This document shows positions 9,961 through 20,295 of a stretch of 64,000 bases of DNA, one piece after another. A model generated the notes under the pieces. It worked only from the letters and a program-made list of their open reading frames with translations. It was not told where the DNA came from and ran no database searches. The position numbers were made by a program, and so were the translations under genes. Positions within the stretch are counted from its first letter, which is position 1. Each line of letters begins with the position of its first letter. Location of the stretch: the sequence record PZ583743.1; one strand, given 5' to 3'. The DNA is from a phage.

Positions 9961-11729
9961 AAAAGCCACAAGAAATGCAAACGATGCGTAGAAAAGTTAT
10001 TTCAGATAATAAACCAACACAGGAAGCGGCTAAATCCGCTTCCAACACTTTATCTGGACTTAATGATATATCTACGAAATTGGATGATGCTCAAGCTGCT
10101 TCTGAATTAATTGCTCAAATTGTCGAAGAAAAATCGAATGAAATAGTTGGAGCAATTGATAATGTAGAAAGCGCAGTGAGTGATACTACTGCTGGTTCTG
10201 AGTTAATTGCTGAAACTGTCGAAATTGGCAACAATATTAATAAAGAAATCGGTGAATCACTCGGGAGCAAATTAGATAAATTAACAAGTTTACTAGAGCA
10301 AAAAATTCAGACAGCCGGAATTCAACAAACAGGAACTAGTTTAGCTACGGTTGAAAGCGCTATTCCTGTTAAAGTTGTTGAGGACGATACAGCTGAATCT
10401 GTGGGTCCTTTATTACCGGCTCCTGAAGCAGTTAATAATGATCCTGATGCTGATTTTTTCCCTACCCCTCAGCCAGTTGAACCCAAACAAGAATCGCCAG
10501 AAGAAAAACAGAAAAAAGACGCATTTAACTTAAAATTATCTCAAACTTTAGATAAATTAACAAAGACTGTTGATTTTGGATTTAAGAAATCCATTTCAAT
10601 TACTGATAAAATATCAAGCATGTTATTTAAGTACACCGTTAGTGCTGCTATTGAAGCTGCTAAAATGACTGCAATGATATTGGCTGTTGTTGTTGGAATA
10701 GACCTGTTGATGGTTCATTTTAAATATTGGTCAGATAAATTTTCACAGGCTTGGGATTTGTTTAGTACAGACTTTACTAAATTCTCTAGCGAAACCGGAA
10801 CATGGGGTCCTTTATTACAGAGCATCTTTAGTTCTATTGATGAAATTAAAAAATTCTGGGAAGCGGGAGATTGGGGCGGTTTGACTGTAGCTATTGTAGA
10901 AGGGCTTGGAAAGGTTCTTTATAATTTAGGAGAACTTATTCAGCTTGGAATGGCTAAATTATCTGCGGCAATTCTTCGAGTTATTCCTGGTATGAAAGAT
11001 ACTGCTGATGAAGTAGAAGGAAGAGCACTAGAAAATTTCCAAAATTCTACTGGAGCATCTCTCAATAAAGAAGACCAGGAAAAAGTTGCGAATTATCAAG
11101 ATAAACGAATGAATGGAGACCTTGGTCCGATAGCAGAAGGACTAGACAAAATTTCTAATTGGAAAACTCGTGCATCTAACTGGATTCGTGGGGTTGATAA
11201 TAAAGAAGCACTAACTACTGACGAAGAACGTGCAGCAGAAGAAGAAAAATTAAAGCAACTTTCACCTGAAGAAAGAAAAAATGCTTTAATGAAGGCTAAT
11301 GAAGCCCGTGCCGCAATGATTCGCTTTGAAAAATATGCTGATTCAGCTGATATGAGTAAAGACTCAACGGTTAAATCAGTTGAAGCTGCCTATGAAGACC
11401 TTAAAAAACGGATGGATGACCCGGATTTAAATAATTCACCGGCAGTTAAAAAAGAACTTGCTGCTAGATTTTCTAAAATTGATGCTACATATCAAGAGCT
11501 CAAGAAAAATCAGCCTAATGCCAAACCTGAAACTTCTGCTAAATCGCCAGAAGCAAAACAAGTCCAGGTAATAGAAAAGAACAAAGCACAGCAAGCTCCT
11601 GCTCAACAAGCATCTCCTTCGATCAATAATACTAATAATGTTATTAAGAAAAATACTGTCGTTCATAATATGACACCCGTAACGAGCACGACTGCTCCCG
11701 GTGTATTTGATGCGACTGGAGTTAATTAA
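9957..11729 (+). CDS. 29: Tail tape-measure / baseplate hub protein gp29
   Basis: 590 aa; T4 gp29 length; alanine/coiled-coil-rich. Confidence 0.9.
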   Translation: MKKPQEMQTMRRKVISDNKPTQEAAKSASNTLSGLNDISTKLDDAQAASELIAQIVEEKSNEIVGAIDNVESAVSDTTAGSELIAETVEIGNNINKEIGESLGSKLDKLTSLLEQKIQTAGIQQTGTSLATVESAIPVKVVEDDTAESVGPLLPAPEAVNNDPDADFFPTPQPVEPKQESPEEKQKKDAFNLKLSQTLDKLTKTVDFGFKKSISITDKISSMLFKYTVSAAIEAAKMTAMILAVVVGIDLLMVHFKYWSDKFSQAWDLFSTDFTKFSSETGTWGPLLQSIFSSIDEIKKFWEAGDWGGLTVAIVEGLGKVLYNLGELIQLGMAKLSAAILRVIPGMKDTADEVEGRALENFQNSTGASLNKEDQEKVANYQDKRMNGDLGPIAEGLDKISNWKTRASNWIRGVDNKEALTTDEERAAEEEKLKQLSPEERKNALMKANEARAAMIRFEKYADSADMSKDSTVKSVEAAYEDLKKRMDDPDLNNSPAVKKELAARFSKIDATYQELKKNQPNAKPETSAKSPEAKQVQVIEKNKAQQAPAQQASPSINNTNNVIKKNTVVHNMTPVTSTTAPGVFDATGVN

Positions 11730-11737
11730 GGAATAAT

Positions 11738-12832
11738 ATGGCAATTGTTAAAGAAATAACTGCTGATTTAATTAAAAAGTCCGGTGAGAAAATTTCAGCC
11801 GGACAGAGTACTAAATCAGAAGTAGCAACTAAAACATACACTGCCCAGTTTCCAACTGGGCGTGCTAGTGGTAATGACACTACAGGAGACTTCCAGGTAA
11901 CAGATCTATATAAGAATGGATTATTATTTACTGCATACAATATGTCATCTAGGGATTCTGGAAGTCTTAGATCGATGAGATCTAACTACTCTTCTTCATC
12001 TTCGAGTATTTTACGTACAGCCAGAAACACTATCAGTAATACAGTATCAAAACTGTCAAATGGATTAATATCAGATAATAATTCAGGAACAATAAGTAAA
12101 GCTCCTGTCGCAAACATTCTTTTACCGAGATCTAAATCTGACGTTGATACATCATCACATAGATTTAATGATGTTCAAGAAAGTCTTATCAGTAGAGGCG
12201 GAGGAACTGCTACTGGTGTGCTAAGTAATATTGCTTCAACTGCAGTATTTGGGGCACTGGAAAGTATAACACAAGGTATAATGGCTGATAATAATGAACA
12301 GATTTATACGACAGCCAGAAGTATGTATGGTGGCGCTGAAAATAGAACTAAAGTGTTTACATGGGATTTGACTCCACGTTCCACAGAAGATTTAATGGCT
12401 ATTATTAATATCTATCAATATTTTAACTATTTTTCTTATGGTGAAACTGGCAAATCTCAATATGCTGCTGAAATAAAGGGGTATTTAGATGATTGGTATC
12501 GTTCTACGTTAATTGAACCTTTATCTCCGGAAGACGCAGCTAAAAATAAAACACTATTTGAGAAAATGACATCGAGTTTAACTAACGTTCTAGTAGTTTC
12601 AAACCCGACAATTTGGATGGTGAAAAACTTTGGTGCAACATCTAAGTTTGATGGAAAAACTGAAATATTTGGTCCATGCCAAATACAGAGCATCAGATTT
12701 GATAAAACACCTAATGGTAACTTTAACGGATTAGCTATTGCTCCAAACCTCCCTAGTACATTTACTCTCGAGATTACTATGAGAGAAATTATCACGTTAA
12801 ACCGTGCTTCTTTATATGCGGGGACTTTTTAA
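11738..12832 (+). CDS. 48: Baseplate tail-tube cap gp48
   Basis: 364 aa; T4 gp48 length and position. Confidence 0.9.
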   Translation: MAIVKEITADLIKKSGEKISAGQSTKSEVATKTYTAQFPTGRASGNDTTGDFQVTDLYKNGLLFTAYNMSSRDSGSLRSMRSNYSSSSSSILRTARNTISNTVSKLSNGLISDNNSGTISKAPVANILLPRSKSDVDTSSHRFNDVQESLISRGGGTATGVLSNIASTAVFGALESITQGIMADNNEQIYTTARSMYGGAENRTKVFTWDLTPRSTEDLMAIINIYQYFNYFSYGETGKSQYAAEIKGYLDDWYRSTLIEPLSPEDAAKNKTLFEKMTSSLTNVLVVSNPTIWMVKNFGATSKFDGKTEIFGPCQIQSIRFDKTPNGNFNGLAIAPNLPSTFTLEITMREIITLNRASLYAGTF

Positions 12833-13797
12833 TGTATTCTTTAGAGGAATTTAATAATCAAGCAATAAACGCAGATTTCCAACGTAATAATATGTTTAGC
12901 TGCGTTTTTGCGACAACTCCATCAACTAAAAGCTCTTCGTTGATAAGTTCAATTAGCAACTTTTCCTATAATAACTTGGGCCTAAATTCAGATTGGTTAG
13001 GATTGACTCAAGGCGATATTAATCAGGGAATTACTACGCTAATTACTGCTGGCACACAAAAACTGATAAGAAAATCAGGGGTTAGTAAATATCTTATTGG
13101 TGCCATGAGTCAACGTACAGTTCAAAGTTTATTAGGCTCATTTACAGTTGGTACATATTTAATTGACTTCTTTAACATGGCATATAACTCATCTGGATTG
13201 ATGATATACTCCGTAAAAATGCCAGAGAATAGATTATCCTATGAAACTGACTGGAACTATAATTCTCCTAATATTCGCATAACCGGAAGAGAATTAGACC
13301 CTTTGGTTATTTCATTTAGAATGGATTCAGAGTCGTGTAATTATCGTGCAATGCAAGACTGGGTTAACGCTGTTCAAGACCCAGTAACTGGACTGCGTGC
13401 TTTGCCACAAGATGTCGAGGCAGACATTCAGGTTAATCTTCATGCTCGTAATGGATTACCTCATACTGCTGTGATGTTCACTGGATGCATTCCAGTGTCA
13501 GTGAGCGCTCCTGAGTTATCATACGATGGAGATAACCAAATAACTACATTTGATGTTACTTTTGCGTATAGAGTCATGCAGGCTGGAGCGGTTGATAGAC
13601 AAGCTGCGCTTGAGTGGCTTGAATCTGCTGCTATAAATGGCATTCAAAGCGTTCTCGGAAATAGCGGAGGTGTTACTGGACTATCTAATTCGCTTTCACG
13701 ACTTAGTAGATTAGGAGGAACTGCAGGAAGCATTTCAAACATTAATACTATGACAGGAATTGTCAATTCGCAAAGTAAAATATTAGGAGCAATATAA
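12832..13797 (+). CDS. 54: Baseplate tail-tube initiator gp54
   Basis: 321 aa; ATGT overlap with gene 48; T4 gp54 position. Confidence 0.9.
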   Translation: MYSLEEFNNQAINADFQRNNMFSCVFATTPSTKSSSLISSISNFSYNNLGLNSDWLGLTQGDINQGITTLITAGTQKLIRKSGVSKYLIGAMSQRTVQSLLGSFTVGTYLIDFFNMAYNSSGLMIYSVKMPENRLSYETDWNYNSPNIRITGRELDPLVISFRMDSESCNYRAMQDWVNAVQDPVTGLRALPQDVEADIQVNLHARNGLPHTAVMFTGCIPVSVSAPELSYDGDNQITTFDVTFAYRVMQAGAVDRQAALEWLESAAINGIQSVLGNSGGVTGLSNSLSRLSRLGGTAGSISNINTMTGIVNSQSKILGAI

Positions 13798-13801
13798 CAA
13801 T

Positions 13802-13819
13802 GGGGACCGAAAGGTCCCC
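13802..13819. terminator. Bidirectional terminator hairpin GGGGACC-gaaa-GGTCCCC
   Basis: Perfect 7-bp GC stem between convergent gene 54 and the 96-aa ORF; T-run follows on the plus strand. Confidence 0.6.
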
Positions 13820-13825
13820 ATATTT

Positions 13826-14116
13826 TTATTTACGGAATGAAATAAAAGCAGCAACTGAAGCAACTAAACTGTCTTCAATATAAACTTCAATTTTTACCGG
13901 AGCTTCTGACTCAAATTTACCTGTTACTACACCTTGGAAAATGCTTTCAGTCTGTTCTGGCTTTGAAAAATTTTCAGAAGGAAAAATTCCGAACTTTTTA
14001 TCTGTTCCAAAAATTTTGATAAATTCATCGTAAACTGCTTCATTAAAAGCGTTATCAGCAGGAATAACGCCTTCAACTACGAGTTCTTGACCTAAAAAGC
14101 GTAAAGAAGATTTCAT
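13826..14116 (-). CDS. Hypothetical protein (alt.-3 position)
   Basis: 96-aa ORF preceded by a GAGGAA RBS and an early promoter. Confidence 0.7.
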   Translation of the reverse strand: MKSSLRFLGQELVVEGVIPADNAFNEAVYDEFIKIFGTDKKFGIFPSENFSKPEQTESIFQGVVTGKFESEAPVKIEVYIEDSLVASVAAFISFRK

Positions 14117-14147
14117 TTTGTGTTCCTCATGTTATGTCAGTAAAATT

Positions 14148-14177
14148 ATTATAACACAACACGAGGGACTTGTAAAC
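14148..14177 (-). promoter_or_regulatory. T4-type early promoter (GTTTAC, 18 nt, TGtTATAAT)
   Basis: Minus strand reads GTTTAC-aagtccctcgtgttgtgt-TATAAT with an extended -10 TG; drives the 96-aa ORF. Confidence 0.6.
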
Positions 14178-16234
14178 TACATTTTGAACTTTTTAGACAT
14201 TTCGTTGATGTTAACCAAAGAAGCCAAGATTTGAGAAACTTCGTTTTCCTCTTCTTTTGATTCTTCTACAAGGAATTGATTAAACCCAGCCATTGGACGA
14301 ACTTCACCAGTTTCCATTAGATGGTCGCCATCATATACCGATTCTTCTAATTGTTCAGAAGGAGGAACGATTGTGCCTTCGATTAGATACTTGTTATAAG
14401 CAGTTTCTTTCATCATGTATGTACTCACTTTATTAATCTTCAGCAAAATTCCACGCGGTAAAATAACTTCAGCTTCTGACGGAAATCCTGATAAATGACC
14501 CGGAACGATAACTTTGATTCGCTCAGCTCCTTTAATTACCATACCCACGCTAGTTTCAGCATCTTCATTCGCATAAGCAGAATGACTGCCCATATGCATT
14601 AAATCTTCAGCATCAACGGAACCTTCTCCTTCACCAGAAAATACTGCGCTGGAATCATCTAGAGCCATATAGTTTTTACCATACTCACCGAAGATATTTG
14701 GTTTAAGCGATGTGGATACGAAGTTCTTAAAATAGAACATTTTATTTTCAATATTATGACGTAAAGTTTTAAAGGTAACTTCTTGGCCACGGTAAAGCGT
14801 AGTTCCTGGAGGAAGAACTGATCCTTTGGCAAAAGCAGAATCCATCGTCTCGATGTGTTTAATAGCTCGTTCCATATATTCTTCACGAGTAGAATCCGGT
14901 TTACCTAAAAGGAACGAGTTCATTTCAACATATGAATCTGCACAATAATCTTCAATTACATCAGACTCAGCCTGAGTTAATCCTTTTGGAGTTACTTCGG
15001 TGCTTGCGTATTCATATGCCTGAGCAGCAGATTCATTAATCAATTTATAAATGCCATTCATGACAAATTGAATAATAGCTACCTTTTCATCTGGCGTGGC
15101 TTTAGAACCTTTAACTAAATCATTGATAATTTTCTTAATAACATCAAAGCTATTAGAAATATTAATGTCAGCGAGATCGCTTAAAATTTTATCGGTTTTA
15201 TAATCAAAGAATTCTTTATTCTTTAAATATTCTTGAGAACCTTGATGTGTTATATCGCTCTGCAGTCTGATAGACGGATCACGTAAACGTGCATGGGCCA
15301 ATGCAATATGATTTCGGAAGCTTTCTAGTTCATAATCGTTAGATTTAAAACGAGAAGCACTTCTCATACCACCGATAGCTCCTTTGCCGAAGTTTGAACC
15401 AATCTGAATAACGCCAGAGTTCATTGGTCCTTCTGCTTTATATACCGGAACTTTAGATTCAAACTCTTGATATTTCTTAGCAGCGAAGCTATCACCCTGA
15501 AGTGAAGCATCGACGGTAGAGTATTGAGCTTGTGCTGCTAATCGACGACTAATTTTAGTTTTCTGAATAACAGCTTGATCTGTGCGCTTATCATTTTCTA
15601 AAGCAATAGAAGCAGCAACAGCAACAGCTTTAGGAACAGCATTACCTGTTTTAACATCTACATAAACATCACCAACCTTTGATTCAACCTTTGTGAATAA
15701 CTCAGTTGAAATAGGAGGTACACCTGGAATGTCTTCTAAATTGGCATTTTTACGGTAAACCATAATATATGCATATTTCTTATCATAGTCCCAGATTTCT
15801 TTTAAAAGAACATATCGACCTGCTCCTTTAGTACGTACTAAACGGTCAGCAATAACTTGAATTTGTCGAGCTGCGCCGTTTGTTTTACTCTTTAGTACGC
15901 GAAATAGGCATGCGTCAATTTTATACTGTTTCATTGTTTGAAGAGCAGTATCAAAAACCGCATTAATAACACCAATTGGATTTCCACCCAAGTTTTTAAG
16001 TTTAACTAATGATAGTTTCTCATTAACACCTATCATTACGATATGCATCATTTTATCGCCTGGCTTAACGTTTTTATTTGTATCACCGCCAGAGGTGTAT
16101 GTACAAAATCTAAATCCAGGAAGCACACTTTCTTCACCTGCTTGAATAGCAAAAATTTGAGGTATTTTATGCTTAGGATTTAAGTTAACAACCGGCGCCG
16201 AAGCGCCGTCAAATAATTCTGTAATAAGTTCCAT
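14177..16234 (-). CDS. Alt-like ADP-ribosyltransferase paralog (685 aa)
   Basis: N-terminal ~230 aa near-identical to the adjacent Alt (MELITELFD…); C-terminal ART motifs YRGQ (Arg), FVSTSL (STS), SEAEVILPRG (ExE); starts 3 nt after the upstream Alt stop. Confidence 0.85.
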   Translation of the reverse strand: MELITELFDGASAPVVNLNPKHKIPQIFAIQAGEESVLPGFRFCTYTSGGDTNKNVKPGDKMMHIVMIGVNEKLSLVKLKNLGGNPIGVINAVFDTALQTMKQYKIDACLFRVLKSKTNGAARQIQVIADRLVRTKGAGRYVLLKEIWDYDKKYAYIMVYRKNANLEDIPGVPPISTELFTKVESKVGDVYVDVKTGNAVPKAVAVAASIALENDKRTDQAVIQKTKISRRLAAQAQYSTVDASLQGDSFAAKKYQEFESKVPVYKAEGPMNSGVIQIGSNFGKGAIGGMRSASRFKSNDYELESFRNHIALAHARLRDPSIRLQSDITHQGSQEYLKNKEFFDYKTDKILSDLADINISNSFDVIKKIINDLVKGSKATPDEKVAIIQFVMNGIYKLINESAAQAYEYASTEVTPKGLTQAESDVIEDYCADSYVEMNSFLLGKPDSTREEYMERAIKHIETMDSAFAKGSVLPPGTTLYRGQEVTFKTLRHNIENKMFYFKNFVSTSLKPNIFGEYGKNYMALDDSSAVFSGEGEGSVDAEDLMHMGSHSAYANEDAETSVGMVIKGAERIKVIVPGHLSGFPSEAEVILPRGILLKINKVSTYMMKETAYNKYLIEGTIVPPSEQLEESVYDGDHLMETGEVRPMAGFNQFLVEESKEEENEVSQILASLVNINEMSKKFKM

Positions 16235-16237
16235 GAT

Positions 16238-18334
16238 TTATCCTTGAACGAACTTGTAAGGCATGTTTGTAATATCTATGCAAGACGCAATAATTCCAAG
16301 AGATGATTCTACTTTCTGTTTAACATTTGATGAAACAAATGATGCAAAGTCAACTCTGTCTTCTATTTCAATATCACCTGTCATTGCAACTACTTCACCA
16401 GTTTCCATTAGACGGTCACCGTCATAAATTACTGATTCGGTGAGTTCTTCCGTAGTCATAACTTCAGCTTGAATGAGTTTTGTATTATTAGATGTTGTTC
16501 CGTCATTATTAGAAGCATCAGTTATTTTATTAACTTTGACCATCAATCCGCGCGGTAGAATTACTTCAGCTTCTGTTGCTATTCCGAGACTTCCTGGATA
16601 TACAACATTAACTTTATGAGCTCCATCAATTGCCCATCCTATTTGAACTTTAACGTATTCAGGATTTTCTTTATACGCTCTTATTTCGTTTGGATTAATA
16701 GTTATTCCTTCTTCATTTTTATCAACTGTTAATTCATTACGAGCTTCTGGTTCTAAAAGACCGATACCAGCATGTGTAATTCCAAAACGTCCAAAAATGA
16801 TAGGAGTTAAAGAAGTAGATACAAAATTTCTGAAATAGAACACTTTATTTTTAACTAGCGCTTCGTATATAGGAGCAGTCATACTTTGAGCACGATAAAC
16901 TGTAATGCCTTCTGGTATACGGTCACCATTTTCAAAAGCTGAATCTAAATTATTTATCGCAGATTCAATTTCTTTTTCACTCATTACATCATATCGTTCT
17001 GGATTGTAGCGGCCTAAAAGAAGATTATTGATGTCAGTATATCCTGATCCACAATACTCTCTAATGCCGCGCTTTTGCGATGGAGTATATTTAGAACCAT
17101 CACGTGCAATGGTAATATCAATCATTGGACCTGCACCAATTCCAGAAAAACTATAAATCATTCGTTTGAGGAATTTAGTTTTTGCTGCGTTCCAGGAATT
17201 TTTAGTTATTTCTTCCCAGACTTCATCTGGCTGCCCTTTACGAGTTTTATTATGTTTATCAAGCCAATTATCTTTATATTCTTCAAAGAATTGATTAACA
17301 GCTGCTGCGTATTTCTCTAAACATTTTATTGAAGTAGTTGGTTCATTTTTAATCGCATTAAGAATTACATCTTTAATTTTTTCAGAAACTTCATTAACCT
17401 CACTTTTTGAAAAGAATTTATAGTCATAGTGAAGTTCATCTGCGGTTCCTTCGGCAATAATTTTTGCTGCCTTAGTTTTAGAAGCTAATGAATTAATTCC
17501 AAGCTTCATTTCTTCTGCTTCTGGAATTAAAGGAGCAGTAGCAGGTTTATTAAAATTAGCTGCGGTAGATTCATACTTCTGAAATAATTCACTTTCAAAT
17601 CTAGAAGATTCTAATGATTGACTTTGTGCAATTGCTCTACGGGAAATTTTAACTTTAACTATTACAGCTTGGTCAGAACGTTTATCATTTTCTTGCGCAA
17701 TAGATGCTGCAATTGCTTCATTTTTAGTTACTTGAGCTCCAGTATCTTTATTGATATAAACATCGCCGACCTTCGATTCAACTTTAGTAAAGAGCTCGGT
17801 ACTAATTTCCGGAACTCCTGGAATGTCTTCTAGTGATACATTTTTGCGATGTATAAGAATATATGCATACTTTTTATCATAATCCCAGAGTTCCTTAAGA
17901 AGGACGTATCTGCCACCTGAACGACTACGGATAAGTCTATCAGCAATAAGTTGAATTTGTCGAGCTTGACCAGCAGTTTTAGACTTAAGAATACGAAGCA
18001 TGCAGGCATCAATTTTATACTGACGCATCGTCTGCATTGCAACAGTAAAAACTGAATTGATATAATTAATTGGGCTTGGACCGAGACCTTTCAATTTAGC
18101 AATTGAACCTTTAGCAGTTAATGTAAAAGGAACAATGTGCATCATTTTATCGCCCATCTTTAGATCACGGTTAGTATCACCTCCAGATGTATAGGTACAT
18201 AAACGAAAGCCTGGTTGTTCAATTGCGTCATCAACATGAACTGAAAAAATTTGCGGTATTTTCTTCTTTGGATTTAAGTTTGTAATCGGAAGAGTAGTAT
18301 CTTCGTCAAATAATTCTGTAATGAGTTCCATCAT
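16238..18334 (-). CDS. alt: Alt, head-packaged ADP-ribosyltransferase (698 aa)
   Basis: MELITELFDEDTTLPITNLNPKK… N-terminus; ART motifs VYRAQ, FVSTSL, TEAEVILPRG; late promoter upstream; which of the two paralogs is orthologous to T4 alt is uncertain. Confidence 0.85.
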   Translation of the reverse strand: MMELITELFDEDTTLPITNLNPKKKIPQIFSVHVDDAIEQPGFRLCTYTSGGDTNRDLKMGDKMMHIVPFTLTAKGSIAKLKGLGPSPINYINSVFTVAMQTMRQYKIDACMLRILKSKTAGQARQIQLIADRLIRSRSGGRYVLLKELWDYDKKYAYILIHRKNVSLEDIPGVPEISTELFTKVESKVGDVYINKDTGAQVTKNEAIAASIAQENDKRSDQAVIVKVKISRRAIAQSQSLESSRFESELFQKYESTAANFNKPATAPLIPEAEEMKLGINSLASKTKAAKIIAEGTADELHYDYKFFSKSEVNEVSEKIKDVILNAIKNEPTTSIKCLEKYAAAVNQFFEEYKDNWLDKHNKTRKGQPDEVWEEITKNSWNAAKTKFLKRMIYSFSGIGAGPMIDITIARDGSKYTPSQKRGIREYCGSGYTDINNLLLGRYNPERYDVMSEKEIESAINNLDSAFENGDRIPEGITVYRAQSMTAPIYEALVKNKVFYFRNFVSTSLTPIIFGRFGITHAGIGLLEPEARNELTVDKNEEGITINPNEIRAYKENPEYVKVQIGWAIDGAHKVNVVYPGSLGIATEAEVILPRGLMVKVNKITDASNNDGTTSNNTKLIQAEVMTTEELTESVIYDGDRLMETGEVVAMTGDIEIEDRVDFASFVSSNVKQKVESSLGIIASCIDITNMPYKFVQG

Positions 18335-18354
18335 ATCCTCTCTAGTGTTTATTC

Positions 18355-18362
18355 TATTTATA
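18355..18362 (-). promoter_or_regulatory. Late promoter (TATAAATA on minus strand) for the alt operon
   Basis: Plus-strand TATTTATA about 20 nt upstream of the alt ATG; consistent with Alt being a late, capsid-packaged protein. Confidence 0.55.
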
Positions 18363-18383
18363 AAATTAAAGGCCCGAAGGCCT

Positions 18384-18572
18384 TTAATAATCTAATGGTA
18401 AGAGAGTACGATATATTTCAAACTTTGGCCCTTTTTCATAGGCATCAAATGTTTCTGTAAATTTATTATAAGCATATGCATCTACAAATTCGAGAATGAC
18501 TTGTGATACAGAAGTAGAAACATCTCCACCTTCTTTTTGAGCTATAACAATTGTTTCTAAGTAAGCTTTCAT
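18384..18572 (-). CDS. Hypothetical protein (62 aa) between ligase and alt
   Basis: ORF with ATGA coupling to gene 30; followed by hairpin AAAGGCCcgaaGGCCTTT at 18368-18385. Confidence 0.6.
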   Translation of the reverse strand: MKAYLETIVIAQKEGGDVSTSVSQVILEFVDAYAYNKFTETFDAYEKGPKFEIYRTLLPLDY

Positions 18573-20029
18573 AGACCAGTTACCTCATGAAAATCACCAA
18601 ATACATCCTCGAATGTATTAGCTTTAGTTTTATCTTCACGTAAACGAATCGCAATCGGAAGAAATAATTTAACGTAATCAGTGCGGCCATCAGATTTTAA
18701 CCAACCGTTGCATTCGCACTCTAGAATTTTTCCAATATAATAATTTTGGTTTTCCATAATGCGAGTACGGTCAAGTTCATGTGATTTTACACCAGCTTTA
18801 TCTTTTAAACCTGAACCAGCATTTACCTTAATTTTTCCACACTCTGATTCAAGAATAAATCCACCTGCTTTAGTAGGGTCTTTACGGTGAGGATAAATTC
18901 CTACAATTTTTAAATCAACATCAATTACTTCTTTAAATTTATAGAGATTTTTTGAACGAGCATTTTCCCACAATCCATCGGTATTTTTGAGAATAATACC
19001 TTCAAGACCTCGGTCAATATATTTTTTATAAATTACCTTAGCTTCATCTAGGTTATTTACTACCTGGTTTTCAATTAAAATTACTTTATCATATCCTGAT
19101 GTCATTTGTTCTAGTTTAGAAAAACGTACATCATATTTTAAACGAAACGCCGGAAGACCGTATATTTCTACCAACGGGACATAATCCCAGACCTGAAACT
19201 TCATACATTTGGCTTCTTTTTCTGAAATAGTTCCCTTTAAAGATTTATTGGCGATTCCATTAGAAGCAGTACGAGATTCAGCTACTTCAGCAAACTCTTT
19301 AACTTTACTATTTTCAGGAGAGTCAAAAAGAAAATCTAGGCCTTCTGGCTCCTTTTCAACTTGCTCATGGTATACCAATTCGCCATCAATTAACACACCT
19401 TCTGGATGAATCTGGCGGGCTTCAGCAGTCATTTTGATTAACTCTTCCTTAAGAAGATCTAATCCTAGATATTCATTACCAGCTCGCGATAAAAGACGAA
19501 CATCATCTAATTCATCGCCTCGGACTTCAGCAAAACACCGAGCTCCATCTGCTTTTAACTGCGCAAAAGCTGGAAACTTGATATTCTTACTAATGCCTTT
19601 TTCATCATAAGAACTTGCCAGCATTTGAGGTTGTTCAGGAATTAAACCTGGCCAAACTTTGTTTGCAATAGATACTGAAGCACCACATTCAAGGTCTCGC
19701 ATCATAACTCGACGCAAAACTTCAACATCATCCTTTTTACCATCGGTGATATATCCAGTTAATTCCTCAATTGCTGCATTGCCAGTTAATTTCCGAGTAG
19801 CTAACGTGAATTCAATGAAGTCAAGCATATCGGTAATAGTCAGCATTCCAAAACTCTGGGTAGCAATACCAGGTTTAGGCCATTTCTTGATATAATACTG
19901 TAACCCACGAGAATAAGTCAGACGATATACTCGTTTAAGCAATTCATTATCTTTATTCTTTTCAAGAATTGCTTGCTTCTGCTTAGTTGAACCAATAGAT
20001 GCTATTTCATTTAGAATTTCAAGAATCAT
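18569..20029 (-). CDS. 30: ATP-dependent DNA ligase gp30
   Basis: 486 aa; adenylation motif KADGAR; recognised as T4 DNA ligase. Confidence 0.95.
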   Translation of the reverse strand: MILEILNEIASIGSTKQKQAILEKNKDNELLKRVYRLTYSRGLQYYIKKWPKPGIATQSFGMLTITDMLDFIEFTLATRKLTGNAAIEELTGYITDGKKDDVEVLRRVMMRDLECGASVSIANKVWPGLIPEQPQMLASSYDEKGISKNIKFPAFAQLKADGARCFAEVRGDELDDVRLLSRAGNEYLGLDLLKEELIKMTAEARQIHPEGVLIDGELVYHEQVEKEPEGLDFLFDSPENSKVKEFAEVAESRTASNGIANKSLKGTISEKEAKCMKFQVWDYVPLVEIYGLPAFRLKYDVRFSKLEQMTSGYDKVILIENQVVNNLDEAKVIYKKYIDRGLEGIILKNTDGLWENARSKNLYKFKEVIDVDLKIVGIYPHRKDPTKAGGFILESECGKIKVNAGSGLKDKAGVKSHELDRTRIMENQNYYIGKILECECNGWLKSDGRTDYVKLFLPIAIRLREDKTKANTFEDVFGDFHEVTGL

Positions 20030-20295
20030 TGCTCATCCTTCAAGGTTTGGTTTACAGCTCTATTATAAATCAATTCATCATTAAGCTCAGGCAAAGACCT
20101 ATGATATGTAGTTCTAACTTTATTTCCTTGCATCCAGTGCTTGACGTAAATGAAACCTTGCTCTACACATTTTTTAAAAATTCGTTCATCCTTTTGAGCA
20201 CGGAACTCTGGATTACATCTAAAAAATTGATTTACGTGACCGTAATCACGTGTAGTATTACCTTCATTTTCATAAATAGTATGAACAACAAACAT
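20026..20295 (-). CDS. Hypothetical protein (30.1 position)
   Basis: 89-aa ORF, ATGA-coupled to ligase. Confidence 0.65.
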   Translation of the reverse strand: MFVVHTIYENEGNTTRDYGHVNQFFRCNPEFRAQKDERIFKKCVEQGFIYVKHWMQGNKVRTTYHRSLPELNDELIYNRAVNQTLKDEQ

